Shown: piece by piece, positions 10,296 through 19,112 of the stretch
Layout: the number at the start of each line of letters is the position of its first letter
Numbering within the stretch: position 1 is the first letter of the stretch
Assembly (NCBI GenBank): GCA_043812955.1
Contig: JBDRLN010000061.1
Coordinates: forward strand, 7,231-71,230
Direction: 5' to 3'
Source of the DNA: Candidatus Omnitrophota bacterium
Lineage (GTDB): Bacteria; Omnitrophota; Gorgyraeia; Gygaellales; Profunditerraquicolaceae
Length of the DNA stretch: 64,000 nt
Made by a program: the position numbers and the translations under genes
Notes under the pieces: model-generated
Database searches by the model: none
Told to the model about the DNA's origin: nothing
The model's input: the letters and a program-made list of their open reading frames with translations, nothing else

Positions 10296-11285
10296 TTAGC
10301 TTGTCTTGAGTTTCTTGGAGTCTATCTGCATCCCCAAGTTTAAATTCATCCCGGTCAAAAGCTCTTTGATTTCGGTTAAAGACTTCTTGCCGAAATTCTT
10401 AAAACCCAGCATCTCATCTTCAGCCCTTTTTACCAGGTCCGCTATAGTCTTAATATTCGCCTCTCTTAAGCAATTAGAACTCCTTACTGATAATTCTAGT
10501 TCGGAAATCGGCAACCTGAGTTTTTCATAAAGGGCGATTTCTTCTTTAGTCATCTCCGGTTCATCCTCTTCTTCATCAGGTAACTGCCCGAAGTTAACAA
10601 AAATATCCAGGTGCCTCTGCAGTATATTGGAACCATATAAAAGCGCGTCCTTTGGGTTTACTGCGCCATTGGTCCAGATTTCAAGGATTAGTTTATCATA
10701 ATCTGTTTTCTGGCCTACACGGGTATTTTCAACGCAGAAATTCACTTTTTTCACGGGTGAGAATATGGAATCAATAGGGATAGTCCCGATAACCTGGTCA
10801 TCCCTTTTATTCGCTTCCTGAGGCACATAGCCCCTTCCCTTAGCAACCTCAATCTCCATATTGAATTTAATATCTTCGGTAATAGTAGCGATATGCAGGT
10901 CCGGATTGATTACTTCTACACTCTCGTCAGTCTGAATATCCTTAGCCTTAACTTCGCCCTTGGTATTCTTCTTTATATAAAGCGTCTTCGGTACTTTGGA
11001 ATGCGACTTTAAGATCAGTCCCTTAAGATTTAAGATTATCTCCGGGACATCTTCCATTACTCCGGGAATGACGGAAAATTCATGCTGTACTCCGGATAAC
11101 TTTACTGATGTCACGGCGCTACCCTCAACGGAAGTCAAAAGCAATCTTCTCAAGGCATTGCCTAAAGTAACGCCATAGCCCCTTTCAAAAGGAGCGGCAA
11201 AAAACTTTCCATATTTTCCGTTATAGCTTGACTCTTCGCACTCCAATTTCTTTGGTAGCTGAAAATCTCTCCACTTTATACCCAT
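10296..11285 (-). CDS. rpoA: DNA-directed RNA polymerase alpha subunit
   Basis: 329 aa. NALRRLLL motif and the alpha-operon position. Confidence 0.9.
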   Translation of the reverse strand: MGIKWRDFQLPKKLECEESSYNGKYGKFFAAPFERGYGVTLGNALRRLLLTSVEGSAVTSVKLSGVQHEFSVIPGVMEDVPEIILNLKGLILKSHSKVPKTLYIKKNTKGEVKAKDIQTDESVEVINPDLHIATITEDIKFNMEIEVAKGRGYVPQEANKRDDQVIGTIPIDSIFSPVKKVNFCVENTRVGQKTDYDKLILEIWTNGAVNPKDALLYGSNILQRHLDIFVNFGQLPDEEEDEPEMTKEEIALYEKLRLPISELELSVRSSNCLREANIKTIADLVKRAEDEMLGFKNFGKKSLTEIKELLTGMNLNLGMQIDSKKLKTS

Positions 11286-11367
11286 TTTCTTAGCTCCTTT
11301 ATTTTGAATAGGCTCTCACTAAAACCGTTCCAGCCTAATGATTACATATCAATTTTTTGTATTACTT

Positions 11368-12000
11368 TTATTTTGAATATAACTCGACTATCAACTGTTC
11401 CTGGATCGGCTGCTGGATATCGTCCTTCTCCGGCAAGCGTAAAACCTTAGCCTGATGAAGGTTAATATTAAATTCCAACCACGCAGGTACTGTCCTGTCT
11501 TTGGTAAGTTCAAGATTATCCTTGATCTTAACCATTGCTTTATCCTTGGCTTTTAATTGGACGCTGTCGTCTTTGGCGATCAAATAAGAAGGTATGTTTA
11601 CCCGTTTAGAATTAACCCAAATGAAATTATGCCGGACTATCTGCCTGGCCTGAGCCCGAGAAGAAGCCAATCCTAAACGAAAAACTACATTATCCAGCCT
11701 TCTCTCCAAAAGCTGCAACAATACCTTACCGGTTACGCCTTTGGATTTAGAGGCGATTTTAAAATAACGGCGGAACTGTTTTTCAAAAAGACCGTACATT
11801 CTTTTTACTTTTTGTTTCTCTCTTAACTGCAAGCCGTAATTTGAAAGTTTGATCCGGGCCTTGGCTTCTCCATGCTGTCCCGGGACATAACCCCTTTTAG
11901 CCAGCCCGCATTTTTCAGTATTGCACCTGGTGCCTTTAAGAAATAGTTTTTGTTGATCTCTCCTGCATAACCGGCATACCGGTCCTGTATACCTTCCCAT
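11368..12000 (-). CDS. rpsD: Ribosomal protein S4
   Basis: S4 homology begins at MGRYTGPVCRLCRR (Zn-ribbon CRLC...C..C). The 12-aa track extension is probably not translated. Confidence 0.8.
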   Translation of the reverse strand: MGRYTGPVCRLCRRDQQKLFLKGTRCNTEKCGLAKRGYVPGQHGEAKARIKLSNYGLQLREKQKVKRMYGLFEKQFRRYFKIASKSKGVTGKVLLQLLERRLDNVVFRLGLASSRAQARQIVRHNFIWVNSKRVNIPSYLIAKDDSVQLKAKDKAMVKIKDNLELTKDRTVPAWLEFNINLHQAKVLRLPEKDDIQQPIQEQLIVELYSK

Positions 12001-12005
12001 ATATA

Positions 12006-12449
12006 CTATACTCTCCTTTTCTTTTTCGGACGACAACCATTGTGCGGAATAGGAGTAACGTCTTTAATCGCGGTTATTACTAAACCGGTGGCTTGTAACG
12101 CCCTGATTGCTGATTCTCTACCTGGTCCAGGGCCTTTTACCCATACTTCAACTTCCTGCAAGCCCAGATCCTTTGCCTTTTTAGCCGCGTCACCAGCAGC
12201 TGTTTGAGCGGCAAAAGGCGTAGACCTCTTAGAACCACTATAACCTACAATCCCCGGAGATGACCAGGCAATAGTATTACCCTGTTTATCGGTAATAGTA
12301 ATTACAGTATTATTGAAACTCGCCTGGATATGAGCAATCCCGGAAGTTATACCTTTAAGACCCTTCTTTTTTTTACTGGTTGTTGAGGTTGGAGTTGCAG
12401 TTGTAGTTGATGTAGTTGGTGTAGCTGGTGTTGTTGGTTTTTCGGTCAT
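12006..12449 (-). CDS. rpsK: Ribosomal protein S11 with a Thr/Pro-rich low-complexity N-terminal extension
   Basis: Core [18 protein letters not shown]...[15 protein letters not shown]. The only upstream start is the ATG at 12449, with AAGGA 8 nt upstream. The extension is [29 protein letters not shown]. Confidence 0.8.
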   Translation of the reverse strand: MTEKPTTPATPTTSTTTATPTSTTSKKKKGLKGITSGIAHIQASFNNTVITITDKQGNTIAWSSPGIVGYSGSKRSTPFAAQTAAGDAAKKAKDLGLQEVEVWVKGPGPGRESAIRALQATGLVITAIKDVTPIPHNGCRPKKKRRV

Positions 12450-12451
12450 TT

Positions 12452-12835
12452 TTATTCCTTTTTAGCTTTAGCTATGGCAATATTGCCTTTACGCGGGCCT
12501 TTTCTGGTCCGGGCATTGGTCCGGGTTCTTTGCCCGCGGCAAGGTAGCCCTCTTTTATGGCGCATACCGCGATATGAGCCTATATCCATTAATCTCTTAA
12601 TATTTTGCGATATATCCCGACGCAAATCCCCCTCTACCTTATAATTGCCTTTCTGGATTATATTGACGATGCGCGATATCTCCTCTTCAGTCAAATCCTT
12701 GGCCCGCTTATCCGGGCTTATCTGGGCTTCTTTGAGTATCTGATTAGCCAGGAATCTACCAATGCCGTAAATATAACATAAAGATATCTCTATTCTTTTC
12801 TCCTTGGGTATATCTATACCTAAAAGCCTGGGCAC
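12452..12835 (-). CDS. rpsM: Ribosomal protein S13
   Basis: GTG start with AAGGAGG 7 nt upstream. Protein [19 protein letters not shown]... Confidence 0.9.
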   Translation of the reverse strand: MPRLLGIDIPKEKRIEISLCYIYGIGRFLANQILKEAQISPDKRAKDLTEEEISRIVNIIQKGNYKVEGDLRRDISQNIKRLMDIGSYRGMRHKRGLPCRGQRTRTNARTRKGPRKGNIAIAKAKKE

Positions 12836-12853
12836 TTTATTTCCTCCTTATAT

Positions 12854-12920
12854 CGGTTTTCGGTTTACGGTTTTCAGTTTACGGTATTGGCCGCTAACCG
12901 ATAACCGCTAACCGATAACC
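12854..12920. repeat. Family-D element, copy 1: tandem CGGTTTACGG-type units followed by complementary CCGATAACCG-type units
   Basis: cggttttcggtttacggttttcagtttacgg ... ccgctaaccgataaccgctaaccgataacc. Left and right halves are imperfect reverse complements. It sits just upstream of the rpsM SD. Confidence 0.75.
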
Positions 12921-12924
12921 TTAG

Positions 12925-13038
12925 CTATCCTTGTCTTTGTTTGTGTTTAGGATTAGAACATATAACCCTAACAATACCTCTACGCTTAATAATCTTACAC
13001 TTATCGCATATCTTCCTGATTGATGCTTTTACTTTCAC
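12925..13038 (-). CDS. rpmJ: Ribosomal protein L36 (GTG start)
   Basis: Not in the ORF track (37 aa). Translates to [43 protein letters not shown] lies upstream of the GTG. Confidence 0.85.
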   Translation of the reverse strand: MKVKASIRKICDKCKIIKRRGIVRVICSNPKHKQRQG

Positions 13039-13085
13039 TTGAGTTTTCTCTCCATTCTTTACTATAATCTATACCTCTACCTATT

Positions 13086-13304
13086 TTATTTTACTCTAAA
13101 CGTAATCCTCCCCCGGCCTAAATCATAAGGAGAAAGTTCAAGTTTTACTTTATCTCCCGGTAATATCCTTATAAAATTCATTCTCATTTTTCCGGATACA
13201 TGCGCGGTAACTATATGCCCGTTTTCTAATTCTACCTTAAACACCGCGTTGGGTAACGCCTCTACAACCTTACCCTCAGTTTCTATTAACTCTTCCTTAC
13301 CCAT
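13086..13304 (-). CDS. infA: Translation initiation factor IF-1
   Basis: IF-1 homology from [41 protein letters not shown]... The track's 12-aa extension lies in a perfect palindrome, ATGCGTCTACGACGCAT. Confidence 0.8.
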   Translation of the reverse strand: MGKEELIETEGKVVEALPNAVFKVELENGHIVTAHVSGKMRMNFIRILPGDKVKLELSPYDLGRGRITFRVK

Positions 13305-13417
13305 ACTCTCCTCGAACACAATTATGCGTCGTAGACGCATTCAGTGAGATGCCGCTTGCGGCGCGAGCACTATTATGCATCGTAAAACGCATCTAACGAG
13401 ATCCCGCCGTAGCGGGA
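13305..13417 (-). other. GC-rich multi-hairpin leader between map and infA
   Basis: Four consecutive small palindromes: ATGCGTCGTAGACGCAT, GCCGCttgCGGCG, ATGCATCG/CGCATC and CCCGCcgtaGCGGG. The surrounding genome is AT-rich. Confidence 0.5.
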
Positions 13418-14164
13418 CTATAAACAGGTTAAAATTTCAGCTTCTTTTTCAGTAACTGCTACCGTATGCTCGAAATGCGCGGAAGGCATTCCATCAACTG
13501 CAACTGCTGTCCACCCGTCGCTCAAAACCCGGCAATCCAATTTGCCCATATTCACCATTGGCTCAATCGCTAAAACCATCCCGGGTTTTAAAATATCTCC
13601 CCGGTTAGGCTGGCCAAAATTAGGTATTTCCGGTTCTTCGTGAAGCTGCCTGCCTATGCCATGGCCGACAAACTGCCTGACTATTGAAAATCCGTTCTTT
13701 TCCACATATTGCTGAATAGCATAAGATATATCCGAAAGATTATTATTTGTCCTAGCCTGTTTTATGCCGAAAATTAAAGATTTTCTGGTTACATCTATGA
13801 GCTTTTTTGCCTGAGAGCTAATTTTACCTACTCCTACCGTAACCGCCATATCTGAGAAATAACCTTTATACTTTATGCCTACATCTAGGCTTACGATATC
13901 GCCATCTTTTATTTGCCTGTCTTTAGGGATACCGTGAACAATTTCTTCGTTTATTGATATACAAATATCTTCCGGATAACCCCGGTAACCTTTAAACGCT
14001 GAAGCTACCCCTTGTGCTTCTATATACCTGCCGGCTAAATCATTGATCTGTCTTGTGGTTATCCCCGGCTTTACGCTCTCTCGCAATCTATTAACTATCC
14101 CCGCTATTATCCTGCCTGCCTCGCGCATGGCTTGCAAATCTTGAACGGATTTTATCGGGATCAT
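13418..14164 (-). CDS. map: Methionine aminopeptidase type I
   Basis: 248 aa, MetAP-I fold with the metal-ligand D/D/H/E/E pattern. Confidence 0.9.
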   Translation of the reverse strand: MIPIKSVQDLQAMREAGRIIAGIVNRLRESVKPGITTRQINDLAGRYIEAQGVASAFKGYRGYPEDICISINEEIVHGIPKDRQIKDGDIVSLDVGIKYKGYFSDMAVTVGVGKISSQAKKLIDVTRKSLIFGIKQARTNNNLSDISYAIQQYVEKNGFSIVRQFVGHGIGRQLHEEPEIPNFGQPNRGDILKPGMVLAIEPMVNMGKLDCRVLSDGWTAVAVDGMPSAHFEHTVAVTEKEAEILTCL

Positions 14165-14169
14165 TGCTA

Positions 14170-14811
14170 TTATCTTATAACCTTGAAGATCTCATTTAAG
14201 ACCGGCTCTGCCTCAGCATCAGCCTTAATCTTAATTAATCTATCCGTGATGCTATAATAATCAATAAGACAAGTCACCTCCTGGCGATAAACCTCTAAGC
14301 GTTTCTTGATAGTCTCTTCTTTATCATCGCTTCTTTGATAGAGCTCGCCCCCGCAATGGTCGCAAACCATACTTTTTTTGGGAGGCATATTCTTAACGTG
14401 AAAATTAGCTGAGCAAAACCTACAGACCAGCCTTCCGGTAATACGCTGGATTATTACCGGTTCACTAGCATCCAAGTAAATAACTTTATTGATGCTGCTT
14501 CTCTTATCCTCCAACACCTCGTCCAGCCTTTTAGCCTGAGTAAGATTACGAGGATATCCGTCTAATATAAACCCTTTTTCGATATCCGGCTGATCCAATC
14601 TATCAATCAACATTTGAGTAACCAACTCATCCGGTACCAGCGCCCCCTTATTCATAAAATCTTTGGCTTGCGTACCTAAGGAAGTATTATTCGCCACATT
14701 CTGCCTTAATAGGTCTCCGGTAGAGATATGGGGCGATTTAATTTTTTCAGCGACTCTTTTTGCCTGTGTCCCCTTGCCCGCCCCCGGAGGCCCCAGCATG
14801 ATAATATTCAT
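14170..14811 (-). CDS. adk: Adenylate kinase (Zn-finger lid type)
   Basis: MNIIMLGPPGAGKGTQ P-loop. Lid motifs CRFC...CDHCGG. Confidence 0.9.
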   Translation of the reverse strand: MNIIMLGPPGAGKGTQAKRVAEKIKSPHISTGDLLRQNVANNTSLGTQAKDFMNKGALVPDELVTQMLIDRLDQPDIEKGFILDGYPRNLTQAKRLDEVLEDKRSSINKVIYLDASEPVIIQRITGRLVCRFCSANFHVKNMPPKKSMVCDHCGGELYQRSDDKEETIKKRLEVYRQEVTCLIDYYSITDRLIKIKADAEAEPVLNEIFKVIR

Positions 14812-14857
14812 ATATATTAATTGTTTGATTTAAATCTTCAATCTACAATCTGCACTG

Positions 14858-16204
14858 CTATCTTCTACCCTTGATTCTAGCGCCCTTAATAAAACCTTCA
14901 TAGTTGTGCATAACTAAGTGTGATTCAATCTGCTTTACCGTATCCAGCATTACCCCTACCACAATTAATACACTGGTTCCTCCGGCAAAAGAAGCAACTA
15001 AATATGGCACCTTTAGCCAAGCCATAATAAAATCCGGCAGGATCGCTATGATTGCTATAAAAATAGCACCGGCTAAGGTAATTCGGGTCATTACAAAATC
15101 CAGGTATTCCGAGGTTGGATTACCCGGCCGGATGCCCGGGATAAACCCCCCGTATTTTTTCATATTCTCGGAAATATCTATCGGATTAAAGACAATCGCG
15201 GTATAAAAATAACAGAAAAAAATAATTAAAAGCGAAAAAACTACAGTATATAGCAAATGACCCCTAACTAAATTCTGGGCCCACATCTGAAATGCCGGAT
15301 TAGGTATAAATGACGCCAAGGTTGCCGGAAAAAGTATTATTGACTGGGCAAAAATAATGGCGATTACTCCTGAAGTATCTACTTTTAAAGGAATATAAGT
15401 GGATTGACCGCCGTAAATCTTTCTGCCTACCACGCGGCGGGCATATTGAACCGGTATTTTTCTCTGGCCTTGAGTAATCATAATGACCGAGAAAACTACC
15501 GCGCATAATAAAACTGCCATCACCAGAATAGTTAAAGGCTGGATCTGCCTGCGGGCGGGTGAAAAAGGAGAAATTAAAACCCATAACTGAGCGATTGCCG
15601 CCGGGATACGTGAGATTATGCCGGCAGTAATTACTAATGATATGCCGTTACCAATACCTCTCTCCTGTATCTGCTCGCCTAACCACATGATAAAAATAGT
15701 GCCGGTGGTTAAAGTAAATACCGTCAATATCCGAAACCCGATCCCTGGCTGCATCACTATTTTTAATCCTTCAAACCGAGCCGGATTCTCCAACCACATA
15801 GCAATAAAAAAAGACTGAATCAACGCCAGTACCACTGTGCCGCAACGGGTAAACTGGTTTATCTTTTCATAACCAGCTTTGCCTTCTTTGGCAATTTTTT
15901 CCAATTGAGGAATAACTGCCGTCAAAAGCTGCATAATGATTGAAGCTGAAATATAAGGCATGATCCCTAAAGCAAAAATAGTCAGCCTCTCCATAGCGCC
16001 GCCGGAGAACATATTCATTATGCCAAAGAGCGTACCACCCTGGGTCTTAGCTATACGGTTAAAGAATTCACCCAGAGCCACCCCATCAATTCCGGGGGTA
16101 GGAACATAACAACCAACGCGGTAAACCGCGATCAAGATTCCGGTAATAATCAGCCTGCGCTTTAAATCCGGTATTTTAAAAGAATTGACTAACGCGCTAA
16201 GCAT
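14858..16204 (-). CDS. secY: Preprotein translocase SecY
   Basis: 448 aa, ten predicted TM segments. It sits in the spc-operon position. Confidence 0.9.
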   Translation of the reverse strand: MLSALVNSFKIPDLKRRLIITGILIAVYRVGCYVPTPGIDGVALGEFFNRIAKTQGGTLFGIMNMFSGGAMERLTIFALGIMPYISASIIMQLLTAVIPQLEKIAKEGKAGYEKINQFTRCGTVVLALIQSFFIAMWLENPARFEGLKIVMQPGIGFRILTVFTLTTGTIFIMWLGEQIQERGIGNGISLVITAGIISRIPAAIAQLWVLISPFSPARRQIQPLTILVMAVLLCAVVFSVIMITQGQRKIPVQYARRVVGRKIYGGQSTYIPLKVDTSGVIAIIFAQSIILFPATLASFIPNPAFQMWAQNLVRGHLLYTVVFSLLIIFFCYFYTAIVFNPIDISENMKKYGGFIPGIRPGNPTSEYLDFVMTRITLAGAIFIAIIAILPDFIMAWLKVPYLVASFAGGTSVLIVVGVMLDTVKQIESHLVMHNYEGFIKGARIKGRR

Positions 16205-16467
16205 TAATAACCTCTGGTATAATCTTCAGGTATAAATCTTAGGGATTATACCTGATTACTGAGATTAATAAAGATTACTGCGATTAAACCATTAATCGCC
16301 TTATTAGACAACTTTGTTACTAAAGTTTAGTAATAACCCTATCGGTTATAGAGTCTCTATTTTTAATCTCTGTAATCTCACTTTTCCCGCTAGTCGCGGG
16401 ATCCCGCCAGATAAGAGATTATTGAGCGGGATAATCATTGTAATCAGACATCCTTACTTCTTTCTCA
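16205..16467 (-). repeat. Family-C structured spacer (263 nt) between rplO and secY
   Basis: It shares its whole architecture with the rpsL-rpsG spacer at 29797-29961 (8-bp GACATCCT...AGGATGTC hairpin, then AGATTACAGAGAT, then an ~85-nt block). A 100-nt insert with overlapping GC palindromes is unique to this copy. Confidence 0.8.
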
Positions 16468-16980
16468 TTATAGGATGTCTATTTTACCGCCTGTATTTTT
16501 TATCTTCTCCTGAGCCTTTTTAGAAAAGGCATGGGCATAAATTATCTTCGCTGCCTTAAGCTCGCCATTGCCCAGTATCTTTACAGGCAAAGATTTACTT
16601 TTGATAAAGCCTTTTTCCAGCATTAACGCCGGATTGATCATATCTTCTTTGACCTTGGTTAAAACCTCCAGATTAACTACCTGATATACTTTCGGGGATC
16701 TGCTATGGAACCCGCGTTTGGGCATCTTACGGATAAGTGGAGACTGGCCTCCTTCGAATCCCAGATAAGTACCAGGGCCTGAACGCGAAGTCGCGCCTTT
16801 ACTTCCCCGGGTTGAAGTCTTTCCATGCCCCGAGCCTGCTCCCCGGCCTAAAAGCTTTCTCTTCTTATGGGAACCATGAGGCGCTTTTAGGTTATGCAGC
16901 CCGATTTTTTTCAGATCCACATTTGTTTTTTGTTTTATTTCAGGTTGTTGAACCGCTATTGTTCTTTTAGTCTTGAGCAT
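16468..16980 (-). CDS. rplO: Ribosomal protein L15
   Basis: L15 core GRGAGSGHGKTSTRGSKG. The ATG follows the rpsE stop directly (aagggaaaaaaaTAAATG). A ~20-aa N-terminal extension makes the start uncertain. Confidence 0.8.
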   Translation of the reverse strand: MLKTKRTIAVQQPEIKQKTNVDLKKIGLHNLKAPHGSHKKRKLLGRGAGSGHGKTSTRGSKGATSRSGPGTYLGFEGGQSPLIRKMPKRGFHSRSPKVYQVVNLEVLTKVKEDMINPALMLEKGFIKSKSLPVKILGNGELKAAKIIYAHAFSKKAQEKIKNTGGKIDIL

Positions 16981-17439
16981 TTATTTTTTTCCCTTTAAAT
17001 CTCCTAAAGCTACCATAGTAGCCTTGATTACGTTAATAGGATTATTAGATTTTAAAGATTTAGTCAGGATATCCTTGATTCCACAAGCCTCGCATACTGC
17101 CCTGACCGGGCCGCAGGCGATTACTCCTGTTCCTTCGGAAGCCGGCTTTAAAAGAACCAAGGCCCCGCCATACTTACCCAGAACTTCGTGAGGGATACTT
17201 GAGTTTTCCACTCCAATCTTAACTAAATCTTTTTTAGCCCGGCCCAGCCCTTTACGTATGGCATCGGCAACCTCGTTTGCCTTACCTAAAGCAAAGCCCA
17301 CCCGGCCGTTCCTATCCCCGACAACCACCAGGGCGCTGAAAGACATATTCTTCCCGCCCTTAGTTACCTTGGTAACCCTGTTGATCGAAACTATCTTCTC
17401 GCTTAACTCTGATTGCTGTTGAATATTCATTTCGCGCAT
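16981..17439 (-). CDS. rpsE: Ribosomal protein S5
   Basis: 152 aa, S5 dsRBD and C-terminal domain. Confidence 0.9.
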   Translation of the reverse strand: MREMNIQQQSELSEKIVSINRVTKVTKGGKNMSFSALVVVGDRNGRVGFALGKANEVADAIRKGLGRAKKDLVKIGVENSSIPHEVLGKYGGALVLLKPASEGTGVIACGPVRAVCEACGIKDILTKSLKSNNPINVIKATMVALGDLKGKK

Positions 17440-17802
17440 TTAAAACTCCAATCCTGCTTTTCTTAAGGAATCGGCAAAAGCCTTGACCCTTCCGTGATAT
17501 AAATAACCAGCCCGGTCAAAAACAATTTTTTTTATCCCCTTTTCAACTGCCCGCCTGGCAAACACTTCCCCGAAAAACTCCGCGGCCTTAATGTTTCCCG
17601 GAGCGGGAAATTTTGCCTTTATTTCTTTATCCAGAGTCGATAAAGAGAATACCGTATTATTTGATGTATCATCGACCAACTGGGCAAATAAATTCTTCAA
17701 ACCCCGGTTTAGCACTAAACGAGGGCGTTCGCTATTGCCTTTTATACGCACGCGAATTCGCTTATGCCTTCCTATTTGTTTTATCAATTTTTTATTTTTC
17801 AT
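17440..17802 (-). CDS. rplR: Ribosomal protein L18
   Basis: 120 aa, ...FDRAGYLYHGRVKAFADSLRKAGLEF. Confidence 0.9.
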   Translation of the reverse strand: MKNKKLIKQIGRHKRIRVRIKGNSERPRLVLNRGLKNLFAQLVDDTSNNTVFSLSTLDKEIKAKFPAPGNIKAAEFFGEVFARRAVEKGIKKIVFDRAGYLYHGRVKAFADSLRKAGLEF

Positions 17803-17803
17803 A

Positions 17804-18352
17804 TTACTTTCCGCCAGATGCCTGGGCCTTTCCTACTTTTTTCTTTACGTATTCTCCCAAATAACGCACGCCTTTGCCCTTATAGGGTTCAGGCGGGTAT
17901 ACCGAACGTATCTCAGCAGCCAGCTCGCCGACTTTTTCCTTGTCAATCCCCCAAATCACAATCTGAGTTAGCTTAGGGGCCTCTAACTTTATCCCCTCAG
18001 GTATATTAAAAATTACCGGATGAGAAAATCCCAAATTCATAGTCAGGGTATTCCCCTGAACTACGGCTTTAAAACCCACACCGTTTATCTCCAGCTCCTT
18101 GACATAGCCTTCAGTCACACCCTTAAGCATGTTCCCAACCAGAGCCCTGACTAAGCCCTGCTGGGCCTTATCCAGTTTTGTATTCCCCGCGCGGGTAACG
18201 AAAACCTGATTATCCTTGACTTCCAGGCCAATCCTATCGCTAAAGGTCCGGGCCAATTTACCTTTTGGGCCTTCAATAGAAATAAAACTCCCTTTTATCT
18301 CTACCTTAGTATCTTTAGGTAGGCTTACTGGCTTTCTTCCGATTCTTGACAT
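17804..18352 (-). CDS. rplF: Ribosomal protein L6
   Basis: 182 aa, MSRIGRKPVSLPKDTKVEIKG... Confidence 0.9.
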   Translation of the reverse strand: MSRIGRKPVSLPKDTKVEIKGSFISIEGPKGKLARTFSDRIGLEVKDNQVFVTRAGNTKLDKAQQGLVRALVGNMLKGVTEGYVKELEINGVGFKAVVQGNTLTMNLGFSHPVIFNIPEGIKLEAPKLTQIVIWGIDKEKVGELAAEIRSVYPPEPYKGKGVRYLGEYVKKKVGKAQASGGK

Positions 18353-18386
18353 GAAGCTTACTCCTTTACCTTTTTATTGAACACTA

Positions 18387-18417
18387 CACCCCGTAGGTGG
18401 AGTCCACCTACGGGGTG
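18387..18417. repeat. Family-B hairpin, copy 2 (CACCCCGTAGGTGG-agt-CCACCTACGGGGTG)
   Basis: Perfect 14-bp stem between rpsH and rplF. It differs from copy 1 by a compensatory T:A to G:C change at the loop-closing pair. Confidence 0.85.
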
Positions 18418-18426
18418 GAAATGGTA

Positions 18427-18822
18427 TTACCAGATATACCCAATGACCTCGCCGCCGGCCCTTTGTTCCCGGGCTTCCTTATCCGTCAAAATACCTTTAG
18501 ATGTCGAAATAATCGCCAAACCTCTGCCCCGCAAAACATACGGAATTTTATCATGGGTAACATATTTACGCAACCCCGGCCTGGATACGCGTTTTATACC
18601 GCTGATTACGCATTTCTTACCGCTGTATTTTAGATAGACCCTTAAAGAACCCTGTTTTTTATCCTCGATTAATTTAAAATTGTCTATGTATTCTTCTCTC
18701 TTTAATATCTCCAGAATACATTTAACAACCTTACAAGCAGGAATATCCAAATTCTCTTTTTTAGCCATCATCGCGTTTCTTATGATAGTAAAAGCATCAG
18801 CTATAGAATCTGTCCTAGACAT
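18427..18822 (-). CDS. rpsH: Ribosomal protein S8
   Basis: 131 aa, [17 protein letters not shown]... Confidence 0.9.
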   Translation of the reverse strand: MSRTDSIADAFTIIRNAMMAKKENLDIPACKVVKCILEILKREEYIDNFKLIEDKKQGSLRVYLKYSGKKCVISGIKRVSRPGLRKYVTHDKIPYVLRGRGLAIISTSKGILTDKEAREQRAGGEVIGYIW

Positions 18823-18848
18823 TTATCTTATTTCTCCTTTAGTTTTAC

Positions 18849-19034
18849 TTACCAACTGGATTTCTTGATGCCAGGGATCAAACCCTGCCAGGCTAATTCC
18901 CTGAAACATATCCGGCAGAGCGCAAATCTCCTTAAGTACCCGCCTGAGCGGCCGCAGATGCGGCAACGGTTATATTCCCGGGTAGAAAACTTCTTTTTTC
19001 CCTTCCATCTGTTTATCTGCGATGTCTTAGCCAT
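18849..19034 (-). CDS. rpsN: Ribosomal protein S14 type Z (zinc-binding, 61 aa)
   Basis: [20 protein letters not shown] Zn ribbon. Confidence 0.9.
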   Translation of the reverse strand: MAKTSQINRWKGKKKFSTREYNRCRICGRSGGYLRRFALCRICFRELAWQGLIPGIKKSSW

Positions 19035-19112
19035 ATCTTTAAATCATTCTCCTTATTGTTCCTTGCCTTTTCCCGACCCTGACTTTGAATAGTCGGGATC
19101 CCGCTTAATTTT

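Noticed and set aside
13305-13340. 12-aa N-terminal extension of infA ([12 protein letters not shown]) given by the ORF track.
   Set aside because: The codons form a perfect 17-nt palindrome (ATGCGTCTACGACGCAT). IF-1 homology starts at the next Met.
17591-17976. Three overlapping plus-strand ORFs (17591-17971, 17613-17864, 17764-17976).
   Set aside because: They are antisense shadows of rplR/rplF. This is typical of the AT-rich third-position bias.
16388-19104. GGATCC-centred palindromes (GCGGGATCCCGC, CGGGATCCCG) as restriction-modification-related sites.
   Set aside because: There are only two or three occurrences, all inside larger RNA-structure-like spacers. No R-M genes are in the window.
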